64,000 bases of DNA from Lama glama (taxonomy: Eukaryota): positions 46,502,001 through 46,566,000 of the forward strand of contig CM052818.1 of assembly GCA_028534125.1 (NCBI GenBank), given 5' to 3'. Below, in pieces: positions 40,561 to 53,639 of the stretch (position 1 is its first letter; each line of letters starts with the position of its first letter). The translations under genes were made by a program, and so were the position numbers. The notes below the pieces were generated by a model, which had not been told where the DNA came from, made no database searches, and saw nothing but the letters and a program-made list of their open reading frames with translations.

Positions 40561-41318
40561 CCTAAAGATTTAAAGAGTGGCTCTTTGCCTTGCCTTTGGG
40601 CCCCGTCATATCTCCTTGACTTTGAGATTGATTGATGAAGACATGTTTCCCAAACATGGAGCACACGAGTTTTGCCTGAGGAATTAAAAAAAAAAAAGAA
40701 TTTAAGGTCCTGTATCAGAGCAGGGAATAAAACTCCTGGGGCTTGTACCCAGGAATCCACTTCTGACTAGCTGTGCAGGTGGTTATTACGCAGCTGGACT
40801 TACGCAGGTTGATTCAAGCATGACACTGAGGATGCTCGAGGTTGTTACGTCTGTGGGGCCTTGACAACTCCTGTGACCCTCGGCCACGGACTGTGTGCCT
40901 CACTCCCCCAGCCCCACCCGGGCAGGGTCTCAGAAGCTGCCTGTTTATTTTAGGAGCCACTGGCTAAGAATGTAAATATGCTCTCCAAAGCCACTTATAC
41001 TGTTAGAAAGGTAACATTAGATGTAATTTGTATTCCATTGATAGAGATGTGGAGGTAGCAATTGATTTGGGGGTCCTTCTGTTAATTTGTTGAGTATTGC
41101 ACTTCATCTTGAGCTGCCTTGAAATATAAGGTTTTTTTACCCTAAACTTGTTATGAGACCACTGTTGGCTTACCAGAGAATGCTTAATTCTGATGGAGAA
41201 GTAATTAACAGGTATTAACTGTTGTACGGCTCATGGGGCAGTTTAAGTATATACACACTTTTTCATAAGAGGGAGAACATTTTTTTAAAACTTTTAAAAT
41301 AGAGTATATCAGATTTAC

Positions 41319-41596
41319 CAGTGCTGTCCAATAGAAATAAAATGTGAGCCAATGCTAACTGCATATGGAATTTAAAATTTTCTAATAGATACATTTAAAA
41401 AGGAGTAAAAGAGGTGAAATTAATGCCATAATGTAGTTTATTTGATTAGTATTCAAAATACTATTTCAGTATGTAGTCAACAGAAACATTAATGAGGTAT
41501 TTTACTCTGTGGCTTTGAAATCTGGTATGTATTTGACATCTCAGTTTGGACCCACATATGGCCACGTGTGGCTGGTGTCATATTGGACAGTCACAG
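41319..41596. mobile_element. MER33/MER3-like hAT-Charlie MITE with terminal inverted repeats
   Basis: Left end CAGTGCTGTCCAATAGAAAT; right end TATTGGACAGTCACAG (near-complementary); internal tggccacgtgtggctggtg. Confidence 0.75.
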
Positions 41597-44500
41597 ATCT
41601 GTTCAGAAAACTACCACACAGTAAATAAGTGTATAACTTGGTAAGTATTTTGAGCAGCCCAGACATCTCTTCCTCGTGTTCCAGTAAAAGGGAGGAAATG
41701 TAATGCATAAAAAGAGAAAATACATAGTCTGTTGTAGAGATAGGATGTGAAGTTGTGAATAGCATTTTTTCATTTTCTTGGCCCCACATCAGTTCTTGGC
41801 ATTCTTTAGTGAAAATGAGAACATGATAGGATCAGGTTCAACTTTGGAACTAAAAGGAAAGAGCATAAGATAGGGTCAGGAGGTCCGGGTCCCAGATCTT
41901 TCATGCTTGCTGTTTCCTTTAAGGCAGAGATAACATTGATGTCACATGAATATTGTGAAGATAATTTAGGTTGTGTGAAATGTAATGTAATTTGTTATAC
42001 AGAGTGGGAAACTGTTAGTGCTGGGAGCATGACAGTATTTGGCTTAAGTTGGAAATAGATAGATGTTTTAATGCCGTTAAGTGGAAAATTTCAGAATTTC
42101 TGGTTTCTCTCATTCAATGATATAATCACACTTGAACAATTTTTAAAAAAAAAAACTAATCCAAGAAATACATGGATATGTGTCCACATATTCATTTAAT
42201 AAAATATAGCTGTGTGTAAAGAAAAATTCTATTGGAAAAGACACCATAAACCAAGAGAAAAGGGGAGTCACACACAGAGAAGCTGTTTGCAAAAGAATAG
42301 TTTCAAGTATATAAAGATAAAAAAAAATCATTGAGAAAAAAGAACCAATAGAAAAATGGGTAAAGAATATAAAAAGGAAACTGAATGTCCCAAAGACATG
42401 TGAAAAATGCCAACCCCACTAGTAATCAGGTGAGATACAAATGAAAAGGTAACGAGTTAATGTTTTACATCCATTGACTTGGCCGCATCATAAGTCTGAC
42501 AGTGCCAGCCATTGTCAGGAATATGGAGCAGTGCAAGTCACACTGCTGGCAGGGGTGTAAGTGGTAAAACTGCTCAGTTTGGCCGTATCTAGTCAAGGAA
42601 AGATTCTGGGGAAGAATCCTGCTCCAGGTGGGATGCTATACGGCAGGCAAGCAAATGCATCAGCGTAGGTAGGTGGTTGTAGCATAATGTTAAGTGGGAA
42701 AAAAAGATGCAGGTGCGTGCTTTCAGTCTTTTACCATTTTATAAAGTGTGAAACATTCAATGCAATACAATATGTAAGTTGCTCAGGCAGTAAAAGTATA
42801 AAACCACGAGGGTGCGGTGTCCACTTTGAGGATCGTTGATTACTCTTAGTGGAAGGAATGGAGGGACTTGGAGAGGAAAGGAGGACTTTGCTTTGCACAC
42901 AAGCCTCACCCAACAGAGTTTCATCGTATGTGTGGCATTGGGAATCCTGGACTGTTTTTCTCCATCACCTCCTTCTTAGAGGTGACCCCGTCTGAAAGGT
43001 GGACATCTGGTTTCCCTGTGTGTGTGCATACGGAAGCAGGACAGAGCATGCCGAGTAGCAGGGCCCTGGAGCAGAGGTGCCTGGTTCCACAGGGCAGTCG
43101 AGAGGTTACAGGGAGCTGTCCCGTGAAGCACTTGCTCGTGCCGGGAGCACACTGACCCACTACCGTCAGTGAGGGGTGGCATGCGTGAGCCGGATAAATG
43201 GAGACCATTGTGATGTCTAGCACATTGGAGGTACACAGAAGAGTCATAAGTGCAGGATAAACATATGTTTAATGAATGAATGCATGTATGCACAAAGAGT
43301 TCGATGTGTTCTTCTATTTTGCAGCTTACGCTTTTCACAGAATAGTGTACCTTGGTGACCTTCCACATCAGAACATTCACATCTGCACAATTCTTTTAAG
43401 CTCATTTTAAAATCTAATCTGTCTAATTTTTAGTTTCTGTGAAATATGTATTAGATTCTTTTTTCCCATTTTTTTTTTCCGGTTTTGCTGATCCCAAATG
43501 CTCTAGATAGTCTTGTCTGTAGCAGCCAAGTTCGACCTTCAGGCATCCTCTGGAGGTAGAGAGGCAGCCATTGAACAGCCTAGGCCAGACGTGGATGTGA
43601 GTCTGGGGTACTGACTGTTACTGTAAGTGGCCTGAGTTGGTTGAGTAAAATGGAGGAAGTAGCACCTGTTCTTGGGATCAGACGGGATAAGCAGTGTCAG
43701 GTGCCCAGCACATGCTGCGCATCCCCGCGCTGTAGCTCTGCTGGTTCTTTCTCGCTGTCTCTCCCTCTCCAGTATTCAGTTGCCCCCTCAACCCTACCCC
43801 ACCCGTGAAAGGATGACTGAAATGTGGTCCAGTTTGGGAAACTTTTACCTTTAAGACCTTTCAGGACAGTTAATTGAACATTGGGTGTGTGCGTGTCCTG
43901 GTGTTTTCTATGGAAAGTAACAGAGTCTGGATGTCCCCATCAGGATGTCTGACAGATTTTTTTCTTGATGTGAATTGTGCTGCTCCACCCTTCTGGAGTT
44001 CCCACCATCTTCTGACCATCTAAATCCATCTTCACCTTGGCAGCACAGGTACCAGATGTGCCTTTGGATGCTCCCCTGGGTCAAGAGGATTAACTGCACG
44101 CTGCTCCCTGGGTCCTCTCCTTGGCGCCTCAGTTGTACCCTAGCTCTCTGTGCCTTCAGCGCAGGGCCCTGCTTCACGCATCTGTGTGTCTCTTGCACAT
44201 TTATCCAGCCACCATTATTCTCAGGCTGTATTCATTCGGACGGGTCACCTAAACACTGAGACTTAGCTTCCACTTCCGGCAGATGTGGCTTCCTGCTCTG
44301 CAAATGCCCCTCTAGCTGTTCTCAGCAAGGTCACTGGAAAAGGTGCCATTGCCAAGTTAGGAGGCTTGTTTTGGACTTTGTGCCCTATCCCCCGACAGTG
44401 ACCCTGGCTGCTTTAGTCTCCTCTGAAACCCTCCCCACCCCCCAAACACAGTGTGCTCATTCTTGCTGCTGTCAGTTGGCCCCGACGGGACTCTGCCCGA

Positions 44501-46773
44501 GGCCCTCCTGTCTTCCCACAGGTCACCTTACTCTGTCCACTACTCTCAGAGTCACGTGTGCCCTGCTGGCTGCACACCTGTCTCCCAGCCATCTCCTAAG
44601 CGTGCACACTTGTTCCCCAGGCTCTCTCGAACTGGGCGTACACAGGGGAGCGTCCCTCCCCCCAGAACCCGCTCGCCCCCCACATTGCCCTGTCTTGATC
44701 TGTGTCACCATCCATGATGACTTGTGGCCTTTCCCGCCGCCTCACGCCCCTGTCTGGGGACCAGTGCCGCCGGTTCTGTGGCCTGAGTGTCCTGTGAGTT
44801 GGTTCTCTCCTGTCTGCCTCCCTGCGGCTCCAGGCCCTCCTTTCTCAAGGAGGCTGGGACAGCAGCCGCCTCGACCTGCTGCGACGCTCTCCAGCCTCAG
44901 TGCTCCCTTCACGTTGGGTTTGTTGTTTGCTTGGCTTTTGGTTTTACTTAAAATGCCCTTTTTCTAATTTCCCAGCACTGTGGTTCTCACACCTTGAGGA
45001 CAGTGGGGACCCAGGCTTTTGTTTTTGAAATGTCGACTTTCGCGCCTGCCCCCAAAGACTTTGATTCGGTGTCTGGAGTGAGATCTGATCCCCTTTTCTT
45101 TATCCGTGAGATGACAGTGTTGAAATGGATGTTTACAAAGATAGAAAATTCTACACGTCGGTGATTCTAGAAGGTGTCTGCAGTCATTCACACTTTGCTT
45201 TATATTAAACAAATATGCAAGAGAGAGAGAGAGAGGAGGGAGAGGGAGGGGAGACTCCCTGGAGGGCCGTGGAGATCAGCTGTCATCAGGAGCTCTCGTG
45301 TCGCCTGCTTTGTGACAGGCACCCCTTCACGCTCTCTCCTTTGAGGGGTCCGTAAGGCACTTTCTGTCTAGCCTTGTAAGTGGGTTGAGTTCTCTGCGTA
45401 TGAGTTTGCTTTTTCCTAGATTCCAGAGTCACCCAGGGCTCTCACTGGGACTTAGGCAATTTTTGATTTCCATGCTTTGCCCAAAGTGGATGCTCTATAA
45501 ATTTTTGTTCAATTAAGAGATGGTTGAAAGAAAGTTTTTAAACTGTAAGAAACTTTGTAGCTATGCATCATTATTAATATCATTATTCATTTTTCTGATA
45601 TATATGCTTTTTCCTTAATCAAGAAAATATTGTTACAACCCTTTAGGAGAGAAGAGTGCTTAGAACCTGTTGGAATGACGTTTTGCTGGTATGGAGTCTA
45701 AGTGTTTGGAAGAACAATGGTCCCTCACACGGCGACAACAATGCCCAACTGTCCTCCTGCTGCTGCAGGGGAGGCACACAGCTGTCCCTGTCCTTAGGCA
45801 GAGACATCTCTGTGGATCTGTGGCAGCTCCGACATGTCGATGGTGTGATTTGTTCCTAATTTAGGTACCCGAGACCAGTGAGTTTGTTGTGTGTTTCTTA
45901 CAAGCACCTGATGTCAAACGGATTTTTTGTTTGTAGATTTTAATACCCATTTTCCTTAACGTTCTCTGAGAACCCTCTTCATAAGAGAGACATGGAGAAT
46001 TCTCTCGAGTCTTTAAATACCGCAGAGAGTCTTACATGTGGCCTTTTATTTTGTCATTTTTCGAGGGCAAAAAACTGTCCTGGGGGAAGGCGCAGCGGCA
46101 CGGTCCCTCGCGTGCTCCTCTCCTGTGGATGAGAACGAGTCACGCCTGGTTTCAGGGTGCTGTGGGGCTGGGCTGGGGTGCTCTCCCTCGGGGATTCCTG
46201 GGGGCTCCTTTCTCTGATTCATCCTTGGCCTCCTGAGCCAGTCCTAGAGGCCCCCGGGGCTGAGACGTTCGGTCCCCGTGCCCAGAAGTGGGGGCAGCGC
46301 CGCGACTCCAGGTGCAGGGAGGGCTGCGACCTCCACCCGGGGATCGTGCGGCCCCCAGACTCCCAGAATCCTGACCGATGTTGACCCCAAGGACTTCTGG
46401 AGAAACTCGGAGCTCTTCTTTTCTACCTGTTACAGGGTCACTGAAGTCATTAAAATAAGTTTCTCTTTCCCTCGAACCATAGGGCACCATGCTTTCCATT
46501 TCTCCATCTGCACCCCGTGTCTTCCAGGTTTTCCGGGGCCCCCAGGCCTCTCCCCGCGCTGGACACCCACCTGCCATGTGCCTCCGTCACGTTGAACTTG
46601 AGACTGTCCTCCCTGGGAAGACACCCTGATTTTTGTTTTTGTTTCTTTAGCAAACTGAAAGATCTCCATTTTATGTAACTTTGGTGTCTTTTTGTCCTGA
46701 GAATTTAAATGTAACGTCAAGTGAAAAGTTCAAGTCTGTGTTGCTAATACGAAATTTTAATTTCTCTTTACAG

Positions 46774-46919
46774 GTCAACTTTGTAGTGTGCCAACTCTTT
46801 GCCTTGCTAGCAGCCATTTGGTTTCGGACTTACCTGCATTCGAGCAAAACTAGCTCTTTTATAAGACATGTTGTTGCCACCCTTTTGGGCCTTTATCTTG
46901 CACTTTTCTGCTTTGGATG
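46774..46919 (+). CDS. MBOAT2: MBOAT2 coding exon 2 (VNFVVCQLFALLAAIWFRTYLHSSKTSSFIRHVVATLLGLYLALFCFG-W, 146 nt, phase 0 to 2)
   Basis: Branch-like CTAAT at ~46744, polypyrimidine tract and acceptor tttctctttacAG|GTC, donor TG|GTAAGT. The peptide appears in ORF 46681..46923 and has the hydrophobic segments typical of the MBOAT1/2 N-terminus. Confidence 0.97.
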
Positions 46920-47381
46920 GTAAGTAATTATTTTGATCATGTTTAATGAAGACTCTGGACGTCTGTGTGAATTGAGTGTGCAGAAAGATAAATTATGTAG
47001 GGTTTTGTTCTTGTATTTACCTGTAAAGTGTTACATTTTTATTTCTAATAGAAGAAATAAAGAGTGGAGAGTGGGCCCCATCTCTTCAGTGTGGGCTCAG
47101 AGGGAGGGCACTTTATGACTTAATGAGAAAGGACCGATGAAGAAAAAAAGACACAAAGACATTTTATTCTGCCATGAGTAGCTCTTCCACCTGCTTCACA
47201 GATCGTTTATGGCAAGACAAATAAACCAAAATAGTTTTTGTCTTTCTGTGCAAGTGGCTATTGACAGTCTGGTAAAGTCCACTGATAGAACTCTGTTACC
47301 ACTCCTTAGGCGTTGCCCTTAGCCAGAAGAGGTTTTTGTTTGTTTGTTTGGTTTTGGTGGGGAAGAGTCATTTAGGGTTGC

Positions 47382-47384
<3 letters not shown>

Positions 47385-47440
<56 letters not shown>

Positions 47441-47454
47441 GTCCGTCCGTCCGT
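47385..47454 (+). repeat. (GT)27 microsatellite followed by (CCGT)4
   Basis: Read directly from the sequence. Confidence 0.97.
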
Positions 47455-48113
47455 GTCCCCTTCACTTGGCTCCCTTCCTAACTGTCAGGGCCGTTCGTGA
47501 ATACAGAAACACGTACGTCCTGCTCGTCCCAGGTGGCACGTGTGTGGCAGAGGGGATCGGGGGCAGGGCACGCTGTCTTGGCGAAGCAGCAGAGACCCTC
47601 CGTGGAAGGGCTGCTCGGTGGTGTCTCCTGCACTTCCCCCCCAGGGGAGGGCTGGAGCAGCCCGCGCGCGCCCCGATGAGGCTCTGCAGGCCTGCTCCTC
47701 TGCGGACGGGCGGGCGAGGCACGAGCCCCCGAGGGGCTGGAAACGACTCGCGTGATCTGTGGTTTAGTAGTTTCTGTTGCGGGGTGCAGACCTGTGGACT
47801 TTGATTCTGTCTCTGTTCTACGAGGTTGCTTTTGATTCTTGTGAGGGTTGAAATAGACTGGTATTTCTTAATCTGATTTTTGCCTCTGGCAATTGCACAT
47901 GTTTCCTCCAAACTCATGAAAAATCAATTAGGGCTAATTTATTCAGTCTCTGCATACTGCCCTGGGACCAGCCCGCTGATAGGCCCTGCCAGAGCCGTGA
48001 GGTCCTGAGGTCTCAGCGTGGTCTCTTCAATCAGATCCAGGCTCGGTTTTCCCACTTTCTTGATAACATCAATTTATAGCATCAGAGTTTTCTTAGGTTT
48101 CTCTGGTGATTCT

Positions 48114-48250
48114 TTCTTTGGAGGGGAGGTAATTAGGTTTATTTATTTTTAGGTTTTAAATTTATCTGTGTTTTATTTATTTATGTTTTAATGAAGGTAC
48201 TGGGGATTGAACCTAGGACCTCATACACGCTAAAAGCGCCCCCTCCCCGC
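48114..48250 (-). mobile_element. tRNA-derived SINE (vic-1-like), A-box region deleted
   Basis: ggggaggtaattaggtttatttattt...gtactggggattgaacctaggacctcat resembles the SINE at 36074; flanking direct repeat ggtgattct at 48105-48113 and 48255-48263. Confidence 0.75.
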
Positions 48251-49164
48251 TTCAGGTGATTCTGTTTAAACTCGTATGTAAATCATGCCATGGAGGGGGG
48301 TGTGTGTGTGTTTATACTGTGGAACTTTTTCAAATACAAAAGTACAGAAAATAATATAATGAACCCTCATATATCCATTGCCCAGCTTCAGCAATTATTA
48401 AAATTCCACCATTCTTATTTAATCCTTTCCCCAACTTATTTTTCTGGAGTATTTTCAGGCCTATCCCAGTTCCCATATTTCACCCATAAATACTTCAGCA
48501 TCAGTGTGTGTTTCGGTAGCATTATGTTAGGAATGGGCTGGGGGAGGCTTGTCGTTCAGAGTGGCCACTTCCAGGAATGCCAGTCGCACTGTGGTCTGTG
48601 GACACAGAGCAGAGGATTGAAGAGGAAGCGGTGTTCCCTGGGGTTGTGTGACCCGGAGCACCGCCAGCCGAGAGGCCTTTCCCGAAGGGGTTCTTTCTGG
48701 CTGTGAAGCCTCTTCATATGCTTTGTAACAGTGTCACGAGGAACCTGGCCTCAGTGTCAGGTAGTCCTACATCCTTCAAATTGTATGTGGCAACCAGGAT
48801 TAAAAAAAAAAATTGAGTTCTCTGTTCTTTTGTTGAAGGAGAAACTTTTCATATTCCTGTCTTTGGGAAGAGAGATGGTGCCTCTGTAGCAGGTGAAATG
48901 AAAGGTGACTCTTTGCTAACAGGAATGAGCTGAAGGCAGACTGTCCTGGTCTGCACGTGAGCCACTTGTTTTTAGGCTCCAAGAGTCGTGTCCCCTGCCG
49001 ATGGTGACAACTTCTCTTTTGGAAGATGTCTGTTAGTGAGTCGTCTAAATGCAATTCATCGTTTTATCTACTTTGGTCTCACTTTTTTTTTTTAATCATT
49101 ATCTGCAGGTTTCTCTGAACCAAGAGTTTATACTTTGAATTGCTTCTGTAGCTCTATGACAGCA

Positions 49165-49420
49165 GGGTAGGGTAATGGACTGGAACTTGGACGCTGAAGT
49201 CAGACAGACCTGGATTCTGCTCTTGATCCCTCGCCTGGTCGCCGTGTGACTGGGCACGTCTTTGTCTTTCAACCTCTTTAGCTTCACTCTTCTCATCTGT
49301 AAAATGGAACCAATGATCGTTGTCATGACTGAACGATGTAATACAGCAGAGAGGAGCTCAGCCCAGTAGCCAGCTCCTTGTGAGCTTGGAAGGTTACTCA
49401 GGGTCAAGACCATTACCATT
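49165..49420 (+). mobile_element. MIR SINE
   Basis: gaagtcagacagacctggattc...gtgtgactgggcacgtc...aacctcttta gcttcactcttctcatctgtaaaatgg. Confidence 0.75.
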
Positions 49421-50712
49421 ATTACAGTTTGTTGTCCCCATCATCCAGTTGGTGGTCCAGATGACCACTCAGTCTCCTTTCCAGTGTTTGTCATACAGTG
49501 TGAAAGTAGTCTGTTCATTCGTATGTTGTTCTCTGCAGACTGGAAGCTCTCTGAGGACAAAATCCCTGTCCACTGACTCTTTGTTCCCACTGTCCAGTAT
49601 AGTCAGTGCCTTTCAGAAAATGGACATTCAGTAAAGACCGGTTGAACAATCGAAGAGGTGTTTCTCAACCTTTTAAAAACCCTTTCTTGCTAAAAATGCA
49701 TTTTATACCTGCCTTCAGTGTGATTTGAAATTCAAAATATGTAAGATGTGATATCTAAAAAAACTGAAGTTTGGAGATGCAGGATTGATTTGTTTTCAGC
49801 GTTCTTAGGTAACTCGAAAGGTGATAGCACATGGTACCTGGGATTCCGCCCCCTGCCCCCCCACCCCGTGAAGAGTCTGCCCACAAGGATGTAACTTGGG
49901 TGTCAGTGTCGTGTAGGTACTGACTGCATGTGTGACTTCAGGACTTCGTCTCCTCAGCTCTCAAACAATGAGAGTTGGGTTATAATAGACTTTTAAGCTA
50001 CCTTCTGGCTTACATTTTTACTTCACTAATAATACTTAATATTTGAATGCTTACTGCGTACAGGTGACCCAGTCAGCACTTTTCATTAATTACCTTTTAA
50101 GCCTGACAAATACTGGGTGGCTACTGTGTATTTATTGTGCTCATTTTATTAATCTGGGCAAGTAGAGAAGCTGCGTGGTGAGGAAGATCATCAGTGGGTG
50201 GATGAGAGTGCTGGCAGCTTGACGCTTGTCGTGGCCTCAGTGAGAAGAGAGGAATACAGGACACTTGTACGTGTAAGTGTATTTCATCCCAAGAACAAAG
50301 GCTTGTCCAACAGGAGGCTGGCAATGTCATCTTGTATTCCAGAGGAACGCTGAGCTGAACGGCGATGCCTGGGGAGGGGGCGTCTCCAGGTGATGGAAGG
50401 AACCATGTCACTATTTGTAAAGTAGAACTCGTGTCTTCTAAAGTTGTCCTTTATCCCTCCTGTTCCAAATTTATTCAGTAGAAAAGGAAAGATATTTCCC
50501 CAAGAGTCTAATGAAGCCCTTACAGGTATCTAGCCAGCTGCTTCAGCGTGTTCCCAAGAAGTCTGATAGTGCTGGCAATTAATAGGAGGTGGGTAATTAC
50601 TTTGGAAAGTATTTCAGTCGTGTTTTCTTAGCTTCTTTCTGTGTCAGTTCAGACTCGTATGTTTTTCTGTTTCCTAGTGCCCTCTGGTTATATAGTAGCA
50701 TTCCAGACTGAC

Positions 50713-50714
<2 letters not shown>

Positions 50715-50752
<38 letters not shown>
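50715..50752 (+). repeat. (TG)19 microsatellite
   Basis: Read directly from the sequence. Confidence 0.97.
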
Positions 50753-50755
<3 letters not shown>

Positions 50756-51782
50756 GGCAGAGGGAGAAACCAACAGACATACTCTGTACAACGTGTAAAA
50801 TAAGTCTCTTCTATGGGCCTGCCTTGGAGCCTACTTCTTATTTGTACTATTTCTGTGGAAAAATTTTTTTAATTTAAGTAACTTTTTCACATTGGAGGTG
50901 CCTGTTCTTCTATAATGATTAGGTTAAAAAGTAATTTTAACCATAGCAAAAGATCCTTATTCATACTTTAAATTGTATACAATGATTTGAAAATTGTTTC
51001 ATAAATTTTTCATGACATCAAAGGGGAAAGAAAATCGGAAGTGTGTGTGCACGCGCACGTGTGTGTGTAATCTTCGGGATAGTTTGGACTGATTTTAAAA
51101 CCAGGGATCTGATTATGTTTTGCCTGAATTTTGTGAGGCGAATGGATAAACTAGTTTTCTCATTTAATGGTGAATTTCTCCTTAGAACGGTAGAAATCTC
51201 AGGAAGAACGTTTTGTATATAGATTTCTGTAAATTAAGGATCGACTAGATTTGTACAAGTAAGCTTATTTGACTTGAGCCATCATGTTTTCAGAATAAAT
51301 ATATTTGGTCATCCCTGCTTTTAGTATTTTAATATTAAATGTTTTTATTGTTTTGTAAGGAGCACTTGAAAAGGTAAATAGATACAAAACTCGTTTGGGT
51401 AAACAAAAGACTGATGGTCTGTTAGGACTGTTCTGAGACCCAGATGTATCACTGCTTTTCATCCTTGTGCCTGAGTTATGGAAAAAGCCATCGTCCCTGA
51501 GCCACCCCAGGGTGACCCCAGGGTGCTCTCCTGTAGTTAGGAACAGTGGGTGCTGGGGCTCCCAGGGTGGCTCTATGGGGTTTTGTCTTAATCCTCCAGC
51601 TCTTGTGGGGCTTGTGCTGTGGGACTCCCCCTCCAGGGTGTCCGCAGAGGTTTAGGATTTGGAGGTTTGGGTCCTTGCTTTTCCCTGGGGATGTTCTGTT
51701 ACAGGCAAGCACTTTTTAGCCTGAACTGGTTCACCTTGGTGCCTGTGAGTGGCCTCTTCTAACAGTGCTTTCCGTTTTGTAG

Positions 51783-51860
51783 GTATGCCTTACACTTCCT
51801 CGTACAAAGTGGAATCTCCTACTGTATCATGGTCATCATAGGCGTGGAGAACATGCACAA
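51783..51860 (+). CDS. MBOAT2: MBOAT2 coding exon 3 ((W)YALHFLVQSGISYCIMVIIGVENMH-, 78 nt, phase 2 to 2)
   Basis: Branch point ttCTAAC at 51757-51763, acceptor tttccgttttgtAG|G, donor AA|GTAAGT. It completes the split TG|G Trp codon from exon 2. Too short for the ORF track; translated by hand. Confidence 0.95.
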
Positions 51861-52055
51861 GTAAGTGTTGGCTTCGTTTACAGGCAACGACGTGCTCCAG
51901 CATAATAGACTGGATTCAAACAGAGTTTTTACAAGTAGAAAATTTATTCTAAATCTAGAGTAGAGAAGTTATTCTAAATTGTGATCATTTTTTTCAAGAG
52001 CTGTCAACTACAAAAATACAACATCGAAGTGCATTACTCTTCCATTTACTCAGAG

Positions 52056-52276
52056 CAGCGTTTCTCAGCATCAGCACCGCTAACATTTTAGGCCGGATAA
52101 TTCTTGATGCGCAGGGCCATCCTGCGCACTGCAGGGTGTCTGACAGCATCCCTGACTGACCTCTACCCATTAGATGCTAGTAGCACCTCCACCCTAAGCT
52201 GTGACAACCATGGATGTTTCCAGGTATTTTCACATATCCCTTTGGGGGCAAAACCGCCTCCAGGTAGGAACCACGG
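52056..52276 (+). mobile_element. MER20 hAT-Charlie element, near full length
   Basis: cagcgtttctcagc...acattttaggccggataattctt...gcagggtgtctgacagcatccctg...ctctacccattagatgctagtagca...gtgacaacca...gggggcaaaaccgcc...gaaccac follows the MER20 consensus. Confidence 0.85.
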
Positions 52277-53339
52277 GCTTTATCTAGGGGTGAGAGCAGC
52301 AGAGCGATGGAGTGGGGCAGGTAGATTGGAGATACTTAGAAGGGAAATTGGAAGGACTTAGTGATGGATGGCGAGTGCAGGTAGGACGCAGGTGTCAAGC
52401 ATGACTCCAGGTTCCTGGCTTGAACAGTAAGGTAGCTGGAAGCACCTTTTTCTGGGTGTAGGGAGCTCTGGAGGCAGGGCACATATTCAGGGGTTAAACA
52501 TTTCAAACAGGTATATCTTCAGCACCAAGAGCCGTGAATGGTTGTGTAGTAAACACTGAATATTTGCTGACTAAGTGCATGTTGACTTTGCGGTATCTGT
52601 GAGGCATGTAACAGAAGCTGGGTGTAGCGATCTGGCCAGAGAGGTAAGGCAGGAAGTAGAAACGTGCAAAGCTTCCTTGGCTGAACACCCAGGAGCAGTG
52701 TTCCCGCAGACTTGCCGGCCGAACCTGCTGGGTGGGTTCCATGATATCCGCGATGGTCTGTGTGGTGTGTCTGAAGTGGGAAGTACATGTGGCTCCACTG
52801 GTTTTGTCCAAGGAGTTGTGGACCTGTAGCTAACAGGTCACCTTTTCCCTCAAATCTCATTCTATTCTGCGTCTTCGGTGTTTGACTTGGTCCCACCCGT
52901 CCTCTGTTCTGACTTGCTGTCTTCCCTCAGTTTCCGTTGACGCCACGTGCCCTGGTTTTCCCCTTCGTTCTGTACACCAGCACTCCAGGGTCTTGGTGTT
53001 TCAACTTTAATTTTTATAAGAGGAATAAAATACTTCGATGGTGCTTCATTTGAAGCAGTTTTTACACCATTATGACCATTTAAAAAATCTTGTACAGATG
53101 ACAGGTTCAAAGTGATACTGTATTTAATATCTGAAAAAGAAAAGAGTTGTTTGTTTTGAATCTAGGTAAAAGGAAACTCTGATGAGATTACTGAAAGCAG
53201 AGGACTTGTATGTCACTGCATAAGCAGCAGTAACATCATGCTTTTGAGTTAGAAGGCGAGTAAATTCGTATTCTGTCAGAGGAAACTGTTGCTTTTGCTG
53301 AAGGGTGATGGCAGTCTGTGAAGTTAACTCTTAATCCTT

Positions 53340-53540
53340 TAGACGCTGGCCAGTATGGGGCCACTAGCCACATGCGGCCGTGTAAAATTTTAATCAATTA
53401 AAATGTGAGACTCAGTCACACTGGCCACATTTCAAGTGCTCAGTAGCCACAGGTGGTTAGTGGCTGCCATATAGGAGGGTGCAGAGAGAGAGCATCTGTG
53501 CCCTTGCAGCCGGTTGTGTTGGGTGAGGCAGCTTTAGAGA
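53340..53540. mobile_element. MER3-like hAT MITE
   Basis: ccagtatggggccactagccacatg...tcagtcacactggccacatttcaagtgctcagtagccacaggtggttagtggctgccata. Confidence 0.7.
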
Positions 53541-53639
53541 CGAGCAGCTGGATGAAGTTAGCTGTGTTACTCTTTTACAGCAAATGTTCAGGAGGAAGGT
53601 GCTGCTTGCGTGTGTGCTACTGATTTTTTTTTTTTTTGG

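Larger units (their letters stand above)
5673..46773 (+). other. MBOAT2: MBOAT2 intron 1 (~41.1 kb as assembled, includes a 500-N gap)
   Basis: GT..AG boundaries between in-frame exons 1 and 2. Confidence 0.9.
46920..51782 (+). other. MBOAT2: MBOAT2 intron 2 (4863 bp)
   Basis: GTAAGT..TAG boundaries between exons 2 and 3. Confidence 0.92.

Noticed and set aside
51757..51782. Alternative acceptor AG at 51764-51765, 17 nt upstream of the exon 3 acceptor
   Set aside because: It lies immediately after the likely branch point (CTAAC), too close to be used efficiently, and it would cause a frameshift.
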